This document shows, piece by piece, positions 1-7,703 of a stretch of DNA of 49,006 bases. A program made the translations under genes and the position numbers. Source of the DNA: Actinomycetota bacterium (GTDB lineage: Bacteria > Actinomycetota > Actinomycetes > Mycobacteriales > Micromonosporaceae); the NCBI GenBank assembly GCA_046727455.1, contig JBKPCQ010000219.1, forward strand, positions 1 through 49,006, given 5' to 3'. The stretch's first letter is position 1, and each line of letters begins with the position of its first letter. The notes beneath the pieces are model-generated. The model made no database searches and was not told where the DNA came from. It saw nothing but the letters and a program-made list of their open reading frames with translations.

Positions 1-1248
1 GGCCGGTGCGGCGCCGGGCAGCGGCAGCCAGCGGGTCCGGCTCGGCCCGGCGGCCAGCCCACGCAGGCGTACCGCCGCGTCGACGGCGTCGGCGGCCATC
101 CGCCGGTACGTCGTCAGCTTGCCGCCGACCACGGTCACCACGCCGTCCGGCCCGCTCCGCACGACGTGCCGGCGGGACAGGTCGGCGGTGCGGCTCGCGC
201 CGGCGTCCAGCAGCGGCCGCAGCCCGGCGTACGCGCCGAGCACGTCGGCCCGCCGGACCGGCCTTTCCAGCACCAGGTTGAGAGTCTCCAGCAGGTACCG
301 GATGTCAGCCTCGGGCGCCTCGGGGACGTCCGGCAGCGGACCGTCGAGCGGCTCGTCGGTCAGCCCGGCGTACACCCGCCCGTCCCCTTGGGGGAGCGCG
401 AAGACGTACCGGTTCAGCTCGCCCGGCACGGGCACCATGAGCCCCGCGCCCAGCCCGCCGAACGCCGCGCTCCCGAGGACGACGTGGCTGCCACGCGACG
501 GCCGCATCCGGACCTCGGGGGCGAGCGTGCCGGCCCACACGCCGGTCGCGTTCACCACGGCGCGCGCCTTCACGGTGAACGCCGTGCCGGTCAGCTCGTC
601 CCGCACCTCGGCACCGTCACCGGCCAGGGCCGTGGCGCGGCACCGGGTCAGGATCCGGGCGCCCAGCCCGGCCGCGGCCCGCGCCAGGCCGATCACCAGC
701 CGGGCGTCGTCGCACAGCTGGCCCTCCCAGAACAGCAGCCCGCCGCGCAGATCCGCGGCGCGTAGCGCCGGTACCAGCGTGTGCGACTCCAGAGCGGACA
801 GCCGGCGGGACACCGGCAGCACCCGCCGGGGGGTACCGGCGGCGGCGCGCAACACCTCGCCCGCCGCGCCGGCCGCCGCGGTGAAGGCGATGGATGCGGT
901 GTTCGACGACGCGATCCGGGGCACGACGATCGGTAGCGCGCGGATCAGGTGCGGCGCGGTACGGGTCATCAGCACGTGCCGCTCCTGTGCGCTCCCGTAC
1001 GCGACGCCGAACTCCAGCCGCGCGAGGTACCGCAGCCCGCCGTGCACCAGCTTGGAGCTCCACCGCGAGGTGCCGAACGCCAGGTCGTGCGCGTCGATCG
1101 CGGCGACCCGCAGGCCCCGCGAGGCGGCGTCGAGCGCGGTACCGGCACCGGTGGCGCCCAGGCCGACGACGAGTACGTCGAGCACGTCGCCGCGGGCCAG
1201 CGCGGCCAGATCGCGTGCCCGGCGGGCGGCGTTGAGCGAGGTCGTCAC
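1..1248 (-). CDS. glpD: FAD-dependent glycerol-3-phosphate dehydrogenase (GlpD family); the C-terminus runs off the window
   Basis: Absent from the supplied track because the frame is open at the window edge. My own minus-strand translation from GTG 1248 reads MTTSLNAARRARDLAALARGDVLDVLVVGLGATGAGTALDAASRGLRVAAIDAHDLAFGTSRWSSKLVHGGLRYL. This has a GxGxxG FAD fold and the GTSxxSSKLxHGGLRYL GlpD signature. The + strand ORFs 119..1264 and 166..765 are Arg/Ser/Pro-rich shadow frames. Confidence 0.8.
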   Translation of the reverse strand, partial: MTTSLNAARRARDLAALARGDVLDVLVVGLGATGAGTALDAASRGLRVAAIDAHDLAFGTSRWSSKLVHGGLRYLARLEFGVAYGSAQERHVLMTRTAPHLIRALPIVVPRIASSNTASIAFTAAAGAAGEVLRAAAGTPRRVLPVSRRLSALESHTLVPALRAADLRGGLLFWEGQLCDDARLVIGLARAAAGLGARILTRCRATALAGDGAEVRDELTGTAFTVKARAVVNATGVWAGTLAPEVRMRPSRGSHVVLGSAAFGGLGAGLMVPVPGELNRYVFALPQGDGRVYAGLTDEPLDGPLPDVPEAPEADIRYLLETLNLVLERPVRRADVLGAYAGLRPLLDAGASRTADLSRRHVVRSGPDGVVTVVGGKLTTYRRMAADAVDAAVRLRGLAAGPSRTRWLPLPGAAPA

Positions 1249-1268
1249 GCACCGCTCCTTGTGATCGA

Positions 1269-1293
1269 GTGACATTCTATGTAAGAGTGTCAC
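1269..1293. promoter_or_regulatory. Inverted repeat GTGACA-N13-TGTCAC in the divergent glpD / FAD-oxidase intergenic region (candidate operator)
   Basis: Read directly: gtgaca (1269-1274), ttctatgtaagag, tgtcac (1288-1293). The spacer is AT-rich in a GC-rich background. The repeat ends 2 nt before ATG 1296 and starts 21 nt from the glpD GTG. Confidence 0.3.
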
Positions 1294-1295
1294 AC

Positions 1296-2825
1296 ATGCC
1301 GGCGAGTACGGAAGAGGGCTGGGCGGGCTGGGGCGAGCCGGCCCGTGCGGTGCCGCTGCCGGATTCCATGCACGCGCTGCTGCGGGCTCTGGAGGCACGC
1401 CCCGGTCCCGGCCGGGTGGCGCTGGCCGACGCGGTACTCGCGGCGCCCCGGCTACCGGCGCCGGCCGAACGCGCGCTGGTGGCGGCGGTCGGTGCCGCGC
1501 ACGTCCACACCGACGACGCGAGCCGGGCCCGGCACTCCGCCGGCAAGTCAACCCCGGATCTGGTACGCCAGCGGGCCGGCCAGGCGCCGCACCCGCCGGA
1601 CGCGGTCGTCCGCCCCGGCTCGCACGACGAGGTGCTGGCCGTGCTGCGCGCGTGCACCGGGCATCGCGTCGCGGTCGTCCCGTTCGGCGGCGGTACCTCG
1701 GTCGTGGGCGGGCTCGCCGTCGCGTCCCGGCCGAGCATCGCGCTGGACCTCGGCCGGCTGGACCGGCTGCTCGCGGTCGATCCGGTGGCGCGGATCGCGA
1801 CGCTGCAGGCCGGCGTACGCGCGCCGGACGCCGACCGGCTGCTCGGCCGGTACGGGTACACGCTGGGCCACCTGCCGCAGTCCTACGAGTACGCGACGAT
1901 CGGCGGGTTCGCCGCGACCCGCTCCGCCGGCCAGGCGTCGGCCGGCTACGGGCGCTTCGACGACATGGTTGTCGGGCTGACCGTCGCGACCCCGGCCGGC
2001 AGCCTCGACCTGGGCCGGGCGCCGTCCTCGGCCGCCGGGCCGGACCTGCGTCAGCTCTTCCTCGGCTCGGAGGGCACGCTCGGGGTCGTCACCTCGGTCA
2101 CGGTACGGGTCCGGCCGGTACCGGTGCACCAGCGCTTCGAGGGCTGGCGGTTCCCGTCGTTCGAGGCTGGTACCGCCGCCGTGCGCCGGCTGGCCCAGGA
2201 CGGCCCGCTGCCGGCCGTGCTGCGCCTGTCCGACGAGTACGAGACCGCGCTGACCGCGCCGGGCGTCGACGGCTGCCTGCTGGTCGTGGGGTACGGGTCC
2301 GACCGGCCGGACGCCGCGGAGGCCTTGCGGGAAGCCGGCGGCGCGCCGCTGGGCCCGGAGCCGGGAGCGGCCTGGGCGGCCGGCCGGTTCGCCGCGCCCT
2401 ACCTGCGCGACGCCCTACTCGACGCGGGCGTCTTCGTCGAGGTGGTGGAGACCGCCGCGTTCTGGTCCCGGCTGCCTCCGCTCTACGCCGCCACCCGCAA
2501 CGCGTTGCTCGACGCCCTTGGCCCGGAGCCCGCGCTCGTCGGGTGCCACATCTCGCACGTGTACGAGACCGGCGCCTCGCTCTACTACACCGTCCTGTTC
2601 CGATCCGGCGAGGACGCGCTGTGCCGGTGGGCGGCGGCGAAGGCACGGGCCGGCGACGCGATCCTCGCGGGCGGCGGCACGATCAGCCATCATCACGGCG
2701 TCGGTACCGACCACCGCGACGGGTACGTCCGCGAGGTCGGCCCGTTGGCCGTCGAGCTGCTGCGGGCGGTGAAGTCCACAGTGGACCCCGCCGGGATCCT
2801 CAATCCGGGAGTCCTGCTGCCCTAG
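1296..2825 (+). CDS. FAD-linked oxidase (PCMH-type FAD-binding domain; alkyl-DHAP-synthase / glycolate-oxidase-like flavoprotein)
   Basis: Track ORF 1269..2825. I prefer ATG 1296 (MPASTEEGW) because 1269-1295 is the palindromic intergenic sequence. It has the VVPFGGGTSVVGG FAD-binding motif and a C-terminal ISHHHGVGTDH typical of the FAD-oxidase C-terminal domain. Confidence 0.85.
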   Translation: MPASTEEGWAGWGEPARAVPLPDSMHALLRALEARPGPGRVALADAVLAAPRLPAPAERALVAAVGAAHVHTDDASRARHSAGKSTPDLVRQRAGQAPHPPDAVVRPGSHDEVLAVLRACTGHRVAVVPFGGGTSVVGGLAVASRPSIALDLGRLDRLLAVDPVARIATLQAGVRAPDADRLLGRYGYTLGHLPQSYEYATIGGFAATRSAGQASAGYGRFDDMVVGLTVATPAGSLDLGRAPSSAAGPDLRQLFLGSEGTLGVVTSVTVRVRPVPVHQRFEGWRFPSFEAGTAAVRRLAQDGPLPAVLRLSDEYETALTAPGVDGCLLVVGYGSDRPDAAEALREAGGAPLGPEPGAAWAAGRFAAPYLRDALLDAGVFVEVVETAAFWSRLPPLYAATRNALLDALGPEPALVGCHISHVYETGASLYYTVLFRSGEDALCRWAAAKARAGDAILAGGGTISHHHGVGTDHRDGYVREVGPLAVELLRAVKSTVDPAGILNPGVLLP

Positions 2826-3397
2826 GCCGCCAGGTACCGGTCGAGCACCGCGCGCAGTTCGGCGTCCAGGTCGCCGTCTCCGTACCCGTCGGTGAACAGC
2901 GCCGAGGACAGCACGAACGACTGTGCCGTGAGCAGCACCGCGCGTGCCATCCGATCGGGGTCGCCGCGCCGGACGGAGCCGTCGCGCTGGCCGGCCCGCA
3001 CGGCGTCCGCGATGAACGCCAGCATCTCGTCCTGGCTGGCACCCCGCCGGTCGAGCAGGTACGGCAGCAGTACCTCCGGATCGACCTCGCGGATCTTCCG
3101 GAGGAGCGGGTGCGCGCGCAGGGTCGCGGCGGCCGCGACGATCTGCGCGACCGCGCGCCGCCGGGCCAGGCCGCGCCGGCGCGGCCCGCTGGTGGTGGCG
3201 ACCAGCACGCCGTGCCATTCCCGGCTCATCAGGTCGGCGACCAGCGACCGGACGTCGGGCCAGCGCCGGTAGATGGACATGCGGGAGACACCGGCACGGC
3301 GGGCCACGTCGGAAACGGTGGTCCGCCGGACTCCGTACGCCAGCACGCAGTCACGGGTCGCGTCGAGTACCGCGTCCTCGATCTCCGGTGACGCCAT
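2822..3397 (-). CDS. TetR/AcrR family transcriptional regulator
   Basis: Track ORF 2822..3397. The N-terminal HTH is RRTTVSDVARRAGVSRMSIYRRW. It overlaps the oxidase stop by 4 nt (convergent). Confidence 0.9.
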   Translation of the reverse strand: MASPEIEDAVLDATRDCVLAYGVRRTTVSDVARRAGVSRMSIYRRWPDVRSLVADLMSREWHGVLVATTSGPRRRGLARRRAVAQIVAAAATLRAHPLLRKIREVDPEVLLPYLLDRRGASQDEMLAFIADAVRAGQRDGSVRRGDPDRMARAVLLTAQSFVLSSALFTDGYGDGDLDAELRAVLDRYLAA

Positions 3398-3416
3398 GTG
3401 TCACTGTGTACCACAG
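3388..3416. promoter_or_regulatory. Palindrome cluster over the TetR start codon (GTGAC-N7-GTCAC and CTGTG-TAC-CACAG)
   Basis: Read directly: gtgac 3388-3392 / gtcac 3400-3404, and ctgtg 3404-3408 / cacag 3412-3416. The half-site resembles the GTGACA/TGTCAC repeat at 1269-1293. Confidence 0.25.
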
Positions 3417-3438
3417 CGTCCGGGTACCGCAGGCTCCG

Positions 3439-3714
3439 TCAGGCGAAGGCGCGTCGGGGATACGGGTGGTCCAGCATCGGATCGAGCTCGGCGCGGGGGA
3501 GCAGGAACGCCGCGGTGAGCGTGTCCACGCCCGTGCCGGTGGTGTCGGTCGGCCGGTAGGTGACCGTCGCCGCACGCGCGGAGGCGGTGACCACCAGGCC
3601 TGCTCGCCAGCTACCACCCCGGAAGACCCATACGGGATCGGCTGGGCGGTAACTGTCCGTAGATGCAACATCAGCAGGATTGCGCTGGTCGGGGTGGATC
3701 GTGGGGGCCGACAT
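3439..3714 (-). CDS. Hypothetical protein (91 aa), no recognisable domain
   Basis: Track ORF 3439..3747. ATG 3714 (MSAPTIHPDQ) is preceded by AGGAGG (complement of 3720-3725) with a 5-nt spacer. It ends 41 nt upstream of the TetR start on the same strand. Confidence 0.5.
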   Translation of the reverse strand: MSAPTIHPDQRNPADVASTDSYRPADPVWVFRGGSWRAGLVVTASARAATVTYRPTDTTGTGVDTLTAAFLLPRAELDPMLDHPYPRRAFA

Positions 3715-3842
3715 GTCCACCTCCTGGTCACTAAATGCTACCCACAAAGGTCCGCACGTGCGTTATCATCCTCGTTGTACCCTGCATAAGCAAGCGCACC
3801 TGCACGTGCATCAGCCCATTCAGCTTCCCCAAAGGACATGCC

Positions 3843-4073
3843 ATGCAAGAGACGCATAACGGAATGCCAGCGGGCCAACTGGACGTCATCTGGCGCAAGA
3901 GCGGCCGTAGCAACCCGAGCGGCAACTGTGTCGAGCTTGCCGCTCTCCCCGCGGGAGCCGCGGTCCGCAACTCCCGGGACCCGGAGGGGCCCGCGTTGAT
4001 CTACACGAGGGACGAGATCGTCGCCTTCATCCAGGGTGTGAAGGACGGCGACTTCGACCATCTGCTCGGGTAG
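3843..4073 (+). CDS. DUF397 domain protein (BldB / WhiJ-associated small protein type)
   Basis: Track ORF 3735..4073, with internal ATG 3843 (MQETHNG). WRKSGRSNPSGNCVELA matches the DUF397 core W-x-K-S-x-x-S-x-x-x-G-x-C-V-E. The upstream part of the ORF is a low-GC promoter-like region. Confidence 0.85.
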   Translation: MQETHNGMPAGQLDVIWRKSGRSNPSGNCVELAALPAGAAVRNSRDPEGPALIYTRDEIVAFIQGVKDGDFDHLLG

Positions 4074-4185
4074 GCGCGGAGAGCTTTCCGGGGGCCGGTC
4101 GGTCCGTCAACGGACTTCTATGACTCACCCTCAGCTCATGGCATGCTTACACCCGGACAAGTGAGCGGCCCGCGGGTTGAGGTGA

Positions 4186-5088
4186 GTGCATGAAGGTCGC
4201 CGCGTGACGGCGCCCAAGTCGGACGGCGGACCGGCCGGCGGCCCTACGGTCCTCCGCATACTGCTCGGCGCCCATCTGCGCAGGCTCCGGGAGGCCCGGG
4301 GGATCAGCAGGGAGGACGCCGGCTGGGAGATCCGCGCCTCCGAATCCAAGATCAGCCGGATGGAGCTCGGTCGGGTCGGCTTCAAGGAGCGCGACATCGC
4401 CGACCTGCTGAGCCTCTACGGCGTGGTCGACGAGCAGGAGCGGGCGCGGCTGCTCGCGCTGGCTCGCGACGCCAACACGCCGGGCTGGTGGCACCGGTAC
4501 GGGGACGTCCTGGAGACATGGTTCCAGCCGTTCCTGGGGCTGGAGGCGGCCGCCTCGATGGTCCGCAGCTACGAGGTCCAGTTCATCCCGGGCCTGCTGC
4601 AGACCAAGGAGTACGCGCGCGGCGTCTTCCTGCTCGACCAGCGGCGCGCCAAGCCGGAGGAGGTCGACCGCCGGGTCGCCCTGCGGGCCACCCGCCAGCA
4701 ACTGCTCGCGCGGCCGGATGCGCCGCTGTTCTGGACCGTGCTGGACGAGGCCGTGCTACGCCGGCCGATCGGCGGCCCGGAGGTGATGCGCGCCCAGCTC
4801 GAAGCGCTCATCGACGCGGCCACGCTGCCGAACGTCCGGATCCAGGTGATCCCGTTCCACGCCGGTGGCCACGCGGCGGCCGGAGGAGCCTTCACCATCC
4901 TGCGCTTCCCCGACCAGCACCTGCCGGACATCGTCTACCTCGAACAGCTCACCGGCGCGCTGTACCTGGACAAGCGGGACGACGTCGACCTCTACGTCGC
5001 GGCGATGGAGCGGCTGTGCGTGGAGGCGGAGCAGCCGGACCGGACTCCCGAGATCATCCGGGAGATTCTCAAGACGACGGCGCGCTAG
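4186..5088 (+). CDS. XRE-family HTH regulator with DUF5753-type C-terminal domain (WhiJ/Scr1-like)
   Basis: Track ORF 4186..5088 (GTG start; alternative GTG at 4204). The HTH is LRRLREARGISREDAGWEIRASESKISRMELGR, followed by the long C-terminal domain typical of actinomycete WhiJ-like regulators. Confidence 0.85.
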   Translation: MHEGRRVTAPKSDGGPAGGPTVLRILLGAHLRRLREARGISREDAGWEIRASESKISRMELGRVGFKERDIADLLSLYGVVDEQERARLLALARDANTPGWWHRYGDVLETWFQPFLGLEAAASMVRSYEVQFIPGLLQTKEYARGVFLLDQRRAKPEEVDRRVALRATRQQLLARPDAPLFWTVLDEAVLRRPIGGPEVMRAQLEALIDAATLPNVRIQVIPFHAGGHAAAGGAFTILRFPDQHLPDIVYLEQLTGALYLDKRDDVDLYVAAMERLCVEAEQPDRTPEIIREILKTTAR

Positions 5089-5091
5089 ACA

Positions 5092-5131
5092 CGCAGCATG
5101 TCGGAGCGGCTACCAGTCAGCGATTGTCGGC
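5092..5131 (+). repeat. Dispersed repeat family R2, copy 1 (core CGCAGCnTGTCGGAGCGGCTACCAGTCAGCGnTTGTCrGC)
   Basis: 37/40 identical to 27581-27620 by hand alignment. It lies between the XRE stop (5088) and overlaps the last codons and stop of the convergent TetR (stop at 5117-5119). Confidence 0.85.
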
Positions 5132-5791
5132 CGCGCAGGCGGCCGGGTAGTTGATCCCGGCCTCCAGCAGGGTGACGGCCCGCTCGACCAGTACCGAGGG
5201 CAGGGCGTCGGGCTCGTCGTCGCGCCAGGCCTCGACGGTCGTCTGGATCGTCGACATGATGACCGCGGCGACCAGCTTGGGCCGGGGATCGGTGGCCGGA
5301 TCCACGCCCATCCGAGTGGCGACCTTGTCCGCCAGCTCGTCCATCCGCTCGGTGCACTGTTCCAGGTTGCGGGCGGCCAGGCTCGGACTCTTCGACAGCA
5401 GCCGGACCACGGAGGCGAAGCGCTCGGGCGGTAGCTCGGTCTGCCCGGCCTCGCAGGCCCGCAGCGCCTCGACCATGGCCTTGCGGATGGCGGTCAGGAC
5501 CGGCTCGCCGGCCGGGCGCGCCTCGAACGCCGCGAAGATCGCCGTCCACTGCTCGTCGACCACGCGCAGGACGACGTCGTCCTTTGAGGTGAAGTACCGG
5601 AAGAAGGTCCGGGCGGAGACCATGACCGAGCCGGCTATCTCCTCGACCGTGGTCGCCTCGAACCCCTTCCGCGCGAACAGCTCGAACGCCGCGCCGACCA
5701 GAGCCTCGCGGGTGTGCTGCTTCTTGCGCTCCCGCAGTCCGGGCCGGTCCGCGAACGGAGCGACCGGCTGGGGGTGCACGGCCGTGTCCAT
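5117..5791 (-). CDS. TetR/AcrR family transcriptional regulator (divergent from MFS pump)
   Basis: Track ORF 5117..5878. ATG 5791 (MDTAVHPQ) is preferred because 5792-5878 carries three palindromes. The HTH is TVEEIAGSVMVSARTFFRYFTSKDD. Confidence 0.85.
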   Translation of the reverse strand: MDTAVHPQPVAPFADRPGLRERKKQHTREALVGAAFELFARKGFEATTVEEIAGSVMVSARTFFRYFTSKDDVVLRVVDEQWTAIFAAFEARPAGEPVLTAIRKAMVEALRACEAGQTELPPERFASVVRLLSKSPSLAARNLEQCTERMDELADKVATRMGVDPATDPRPKLVAAVIMSTIQTTVEAWRDDEPDALPSVLVERAVTLLEAGINYPAACAADNR

Positions 5792-5837
5792 GCCCGGCAG
5801 TTTACCTCCGGAGTCATCGGCGGACTTTATTCCCGAG

Positions 5838-5897
5838 GTGACTGTCGTCACCAAGCGACGTAAGTCGCTTGACGACATCTGTCATCGGCTGACAGAT
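5838..5897. promoter_or_regulatory. Three palindromes in the TetR/MFS divergent promoter region (candidate TetR operators)
   Basis: Read directly: GTGAC-TGTC-GTCAC (5838-5851), AGCGAC-GTAA-GTCGCT (5854-5869) and ATCTGTCA-N5-TGACAGAT (5877-5897). The last ends 8 nt before the MFS ATG at 5905. Confidence 0.45.
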
Positions 5898-5904
5898 TCG
5901 CTCC

Positions 5905-7500
5905 ATGACGCAGTCAATGTTGATCGAGGCGGCGCCGGCTCGGCCGGGCAGGGTCGAAGGCCGCCGCCGGGCGGGGCACGGTCATCCCTGGCTCACCCTC
6001 CTAGCCGTCGCGCTCGGCGTGATGATGGTCGGGCTCGACGCCACGGTCGTCGCCATCGCCAACCCGGCCATCGCCCGGGACCTGCACGCCGACCTGGCCG
6101 GCCTGCAATGGGTCACCAACGGGTACCTGCTGGCGATCGCGGTCTCGCTGATCACCGCAGGCAGGCTGGCCGACCGGATCGGCCGCAAGCGCGTCTTCCT
6201 GATCGGCGTCGCCGGATTCGCGGTCGCCTCGGTCGCGGTCGGCCTCTCCACCACCATCGGCCTGGTCATCCTGTTCCGGGTCCTGCAGGGCCTGTTCGGC
6301 GCGCTGCTGCAACCCGCCAGCCTGGCGATCATCCGCAACACCTTCCCGCCCGAGCGGCTCAACATGGCGATCGGCATCTGGAGCGGTACCTCCGGCCTGG
6401 CCATCGCGAGCGGCCCGATCGTGGCCGGGCTGCTCGTCCAGCACGTGAGCTGGCAGTCGGTCTTCTACCTGAACGCGCCGATCGCGGTACTCGGGCTGGC
6501 GCTGGGGGGCTGGGTGATCCGGGAGTCGCGGGATCCCGAGGCCCACGGATCGTTCGACATTCCCGGCGTGCTGCTGCTGTCCGGTACCCTCTTCACGCTG
6601 GTGTGGGGCCTGATCAAGGCGCAGGCGTACGGCTTCGGCGACCCGTTGCCCCTCGTGTTCTTCGCGGTCGCGGTGGTCCTCGGGATCGCCTTCGTGGTGC
6701 GCGAGCAGCGCACCCCCCATCCCGTGCTTCCGCTGGGGGTGTTCCGCTCGGTGTCGGTGTCCGCCGGTACCGTGCTGGTGACCCTCGGGTTCTTCGCCCT
6801 CTTCGGCGCGTTCTTCTTCCTGACCCTGTACCTCCAGCAGGTGCACGGGATGGGGCCGGTCGACGCCGGGGTACGGCTGCTGCCGATGACCGCCACGTTC
6901 ATCGTCGCCTCGCCGCTCGCCGGGTACCTGACCACGCGCCTCGGCCCGCGGCCGCCGCTGGCGCTCGGCATGCTCCTGTCCGCCGTCGCGCTGCTCGCGC
7001 TGTCCCGCCTGTCGGCCGGCGCCGCGTACCACGACCTGTGGCCGTGGTTCGTGGTGATCGGGACCGGCTTCGGGCTGGTCATCGTCGCCGGTACCGAGGC
7101 GATCGTCGGCAACATGCCGAAGCACCTGGCCGGGCTGGCCGGGGGCATCCAGCAGACCGGGGCGCAGATCGGCGGGGTGCTCGGTACCACGATCTTCGGC
7201 ACCGTCCTCGCCACCCGGGTCGGCGACGTGCTCGTCGACCGGCTGACCGGCGCCGGGGTGCCGGGCGTACTCGCCCCCAACCTGCTGCCGGCCAAGCAGT
7301 TCGTCGCCCAGGGCGGGGCACCGGTACCGGCCGGCACGCCGGAGCCGCTGGCCCGGGCGATCACGCTCGGCAGTCACCTCGCGTTCATGGACGGGTTCCG
7401 GATCGCGTTCGTGGTCGGCGCCGCCGTCGCGGTCGCCGCCGCGCTGGCGGCGCTACTGGTCCGCCGGGGTACTGGATCGAGCGCGGCGGTCGCCGCCTGA
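5905..7500 (+). CDS. MFS transporter, DHA2 (EmrB/QacA-like, 14-TMS type) drug:H+ antiporter
   Basis: Track ORF, 531 aa. Motifs include LDATVVAIANPAIARDL and GRLADRIGRKRVF, with many hydrophobic segments. It is divergent from a TetR. Confidence 0.9.
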   Translation: MTQSMLIEAAPARPGRVEGRRRAGHGHPWLTLLAVALGVMMVGLDATVVAIANPAIARDLHADLAGLQWVTNGYLLAIAVSLITAGRLADRIGRKRVFLIGVAGFAVASVAVGLSTTIGLVILFRVLQGLFGALLQPASLAIIRNTFPPERLNMAIGIWSGTSGLAIASGPIVAGLLVQHVSWQSVFYLNAPIAVLGLALGGWVIRESRDPEAHGSFDIPGVLLLSGTLFTLVWGLIKAQAYGFGDPLPLVFFAVAVVLGIAFVVREQRTPHPVLPLGVFRSVSVSAGTVLVTLGFFALFGAFFFLTLYLQQVHGMGPVDAGVRLLPMTATFIVASPLAGYLTTRLGPRPPLALGMLLSAVALLALSRLSAGAAYHDLWPWFVVIGTGFGLVIVAGTEAIVGNMPKHLAGLAGGIQQTGAQIGGVLGTTIFGTVLATRVGDVLVDRLTGAGVPGVLAPNLLPAKQFVAQGGAPVPAGTPEPLARAITLGSHLAFMDGFRIAFVVGAAVAVAAALAALLVRRGTGSSAAVAA

Positions 7501-7510
7501 GCAGTGACTC

Positions 7511-7605
7511 TGGCGCTCGCTCCGCTCGCGCGGCCCCGACGCTCTCCAGGCGCCGTCTTCCCTCGTCGCTACGCTCCTCAGTCCAGACACCGCCCGCGTC
7601 GGGGC
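7511..7605 (+). repeat. Repeat family R1, copy A: ~95-nt element with a 10-bp closing stem, 10 nt after the MFS stop codon
   Basis: Gap-free alignment to 48826-48920 with about 10 mismatches in 95. The stem is GCCCCGACGC (7533-7542) / GCGTCGGGGC (7596-7605). Confidence 0.9.
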
Positions 7606-7621
7606 AGTGACAAGGGCCGGT

Positions 7622-7652
7622 CCGGCCCGCGGTCACCGTGACCGCGGGCCGG
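7622..7652. terminator. 31-nt perfect palindrome (15-bp arms); candidate bidirectional terminator between convergent MFS and asnB
   Basis: ccggcccgcggtcac c gtgaccgcgggccgg, checked base by base. It lies between the stop codons at 7500 (+) and 7704 (-). There is no U-tract. Confidence 0.6.
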
Positions 7653-7703
7653 CGGATGCTCCGGGTCCCCCGGCGAAAGCGCCGGGAGCCGGGATGTCCG
7701 TTG

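Noticed and set aside
4189-4206. A mini-ORF atgaaggtcgccgcgtga (MKVAA) overlapping the XRE start as a leader peptide
   Set aside because: It is five codons long with no ribosome-binding site of its own and no associated attenuator structure. It is most likely fortuitous.
5792-5878. An N-terminal extension of the TetR at 5117 (track start 5878)
   Set aside because: These 29 codons are made of three palindromes in the divergent promoter region. ATG 5791 gives a normal TetR length and a 113-nt intergenic region.
5151-7610. An 819-aa + ORF spanning the TetR and MFS genes
   Set aside because: It is antisense to the TetR gene and out of frame with the MFS gene. The composition is Arg/Ala/Pro/Gly-rich.
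7501-7611. GCAGTGAC direct repeats as firm proof that R1 is a MITE with a target-site duplication
   Set aside because: The repeats are seen only at one copy, the right-hand repeat overlaps the conserved stem, and the other locus is a tandem array without equivalent flanks. The idea is kept as a possibility in the finding.
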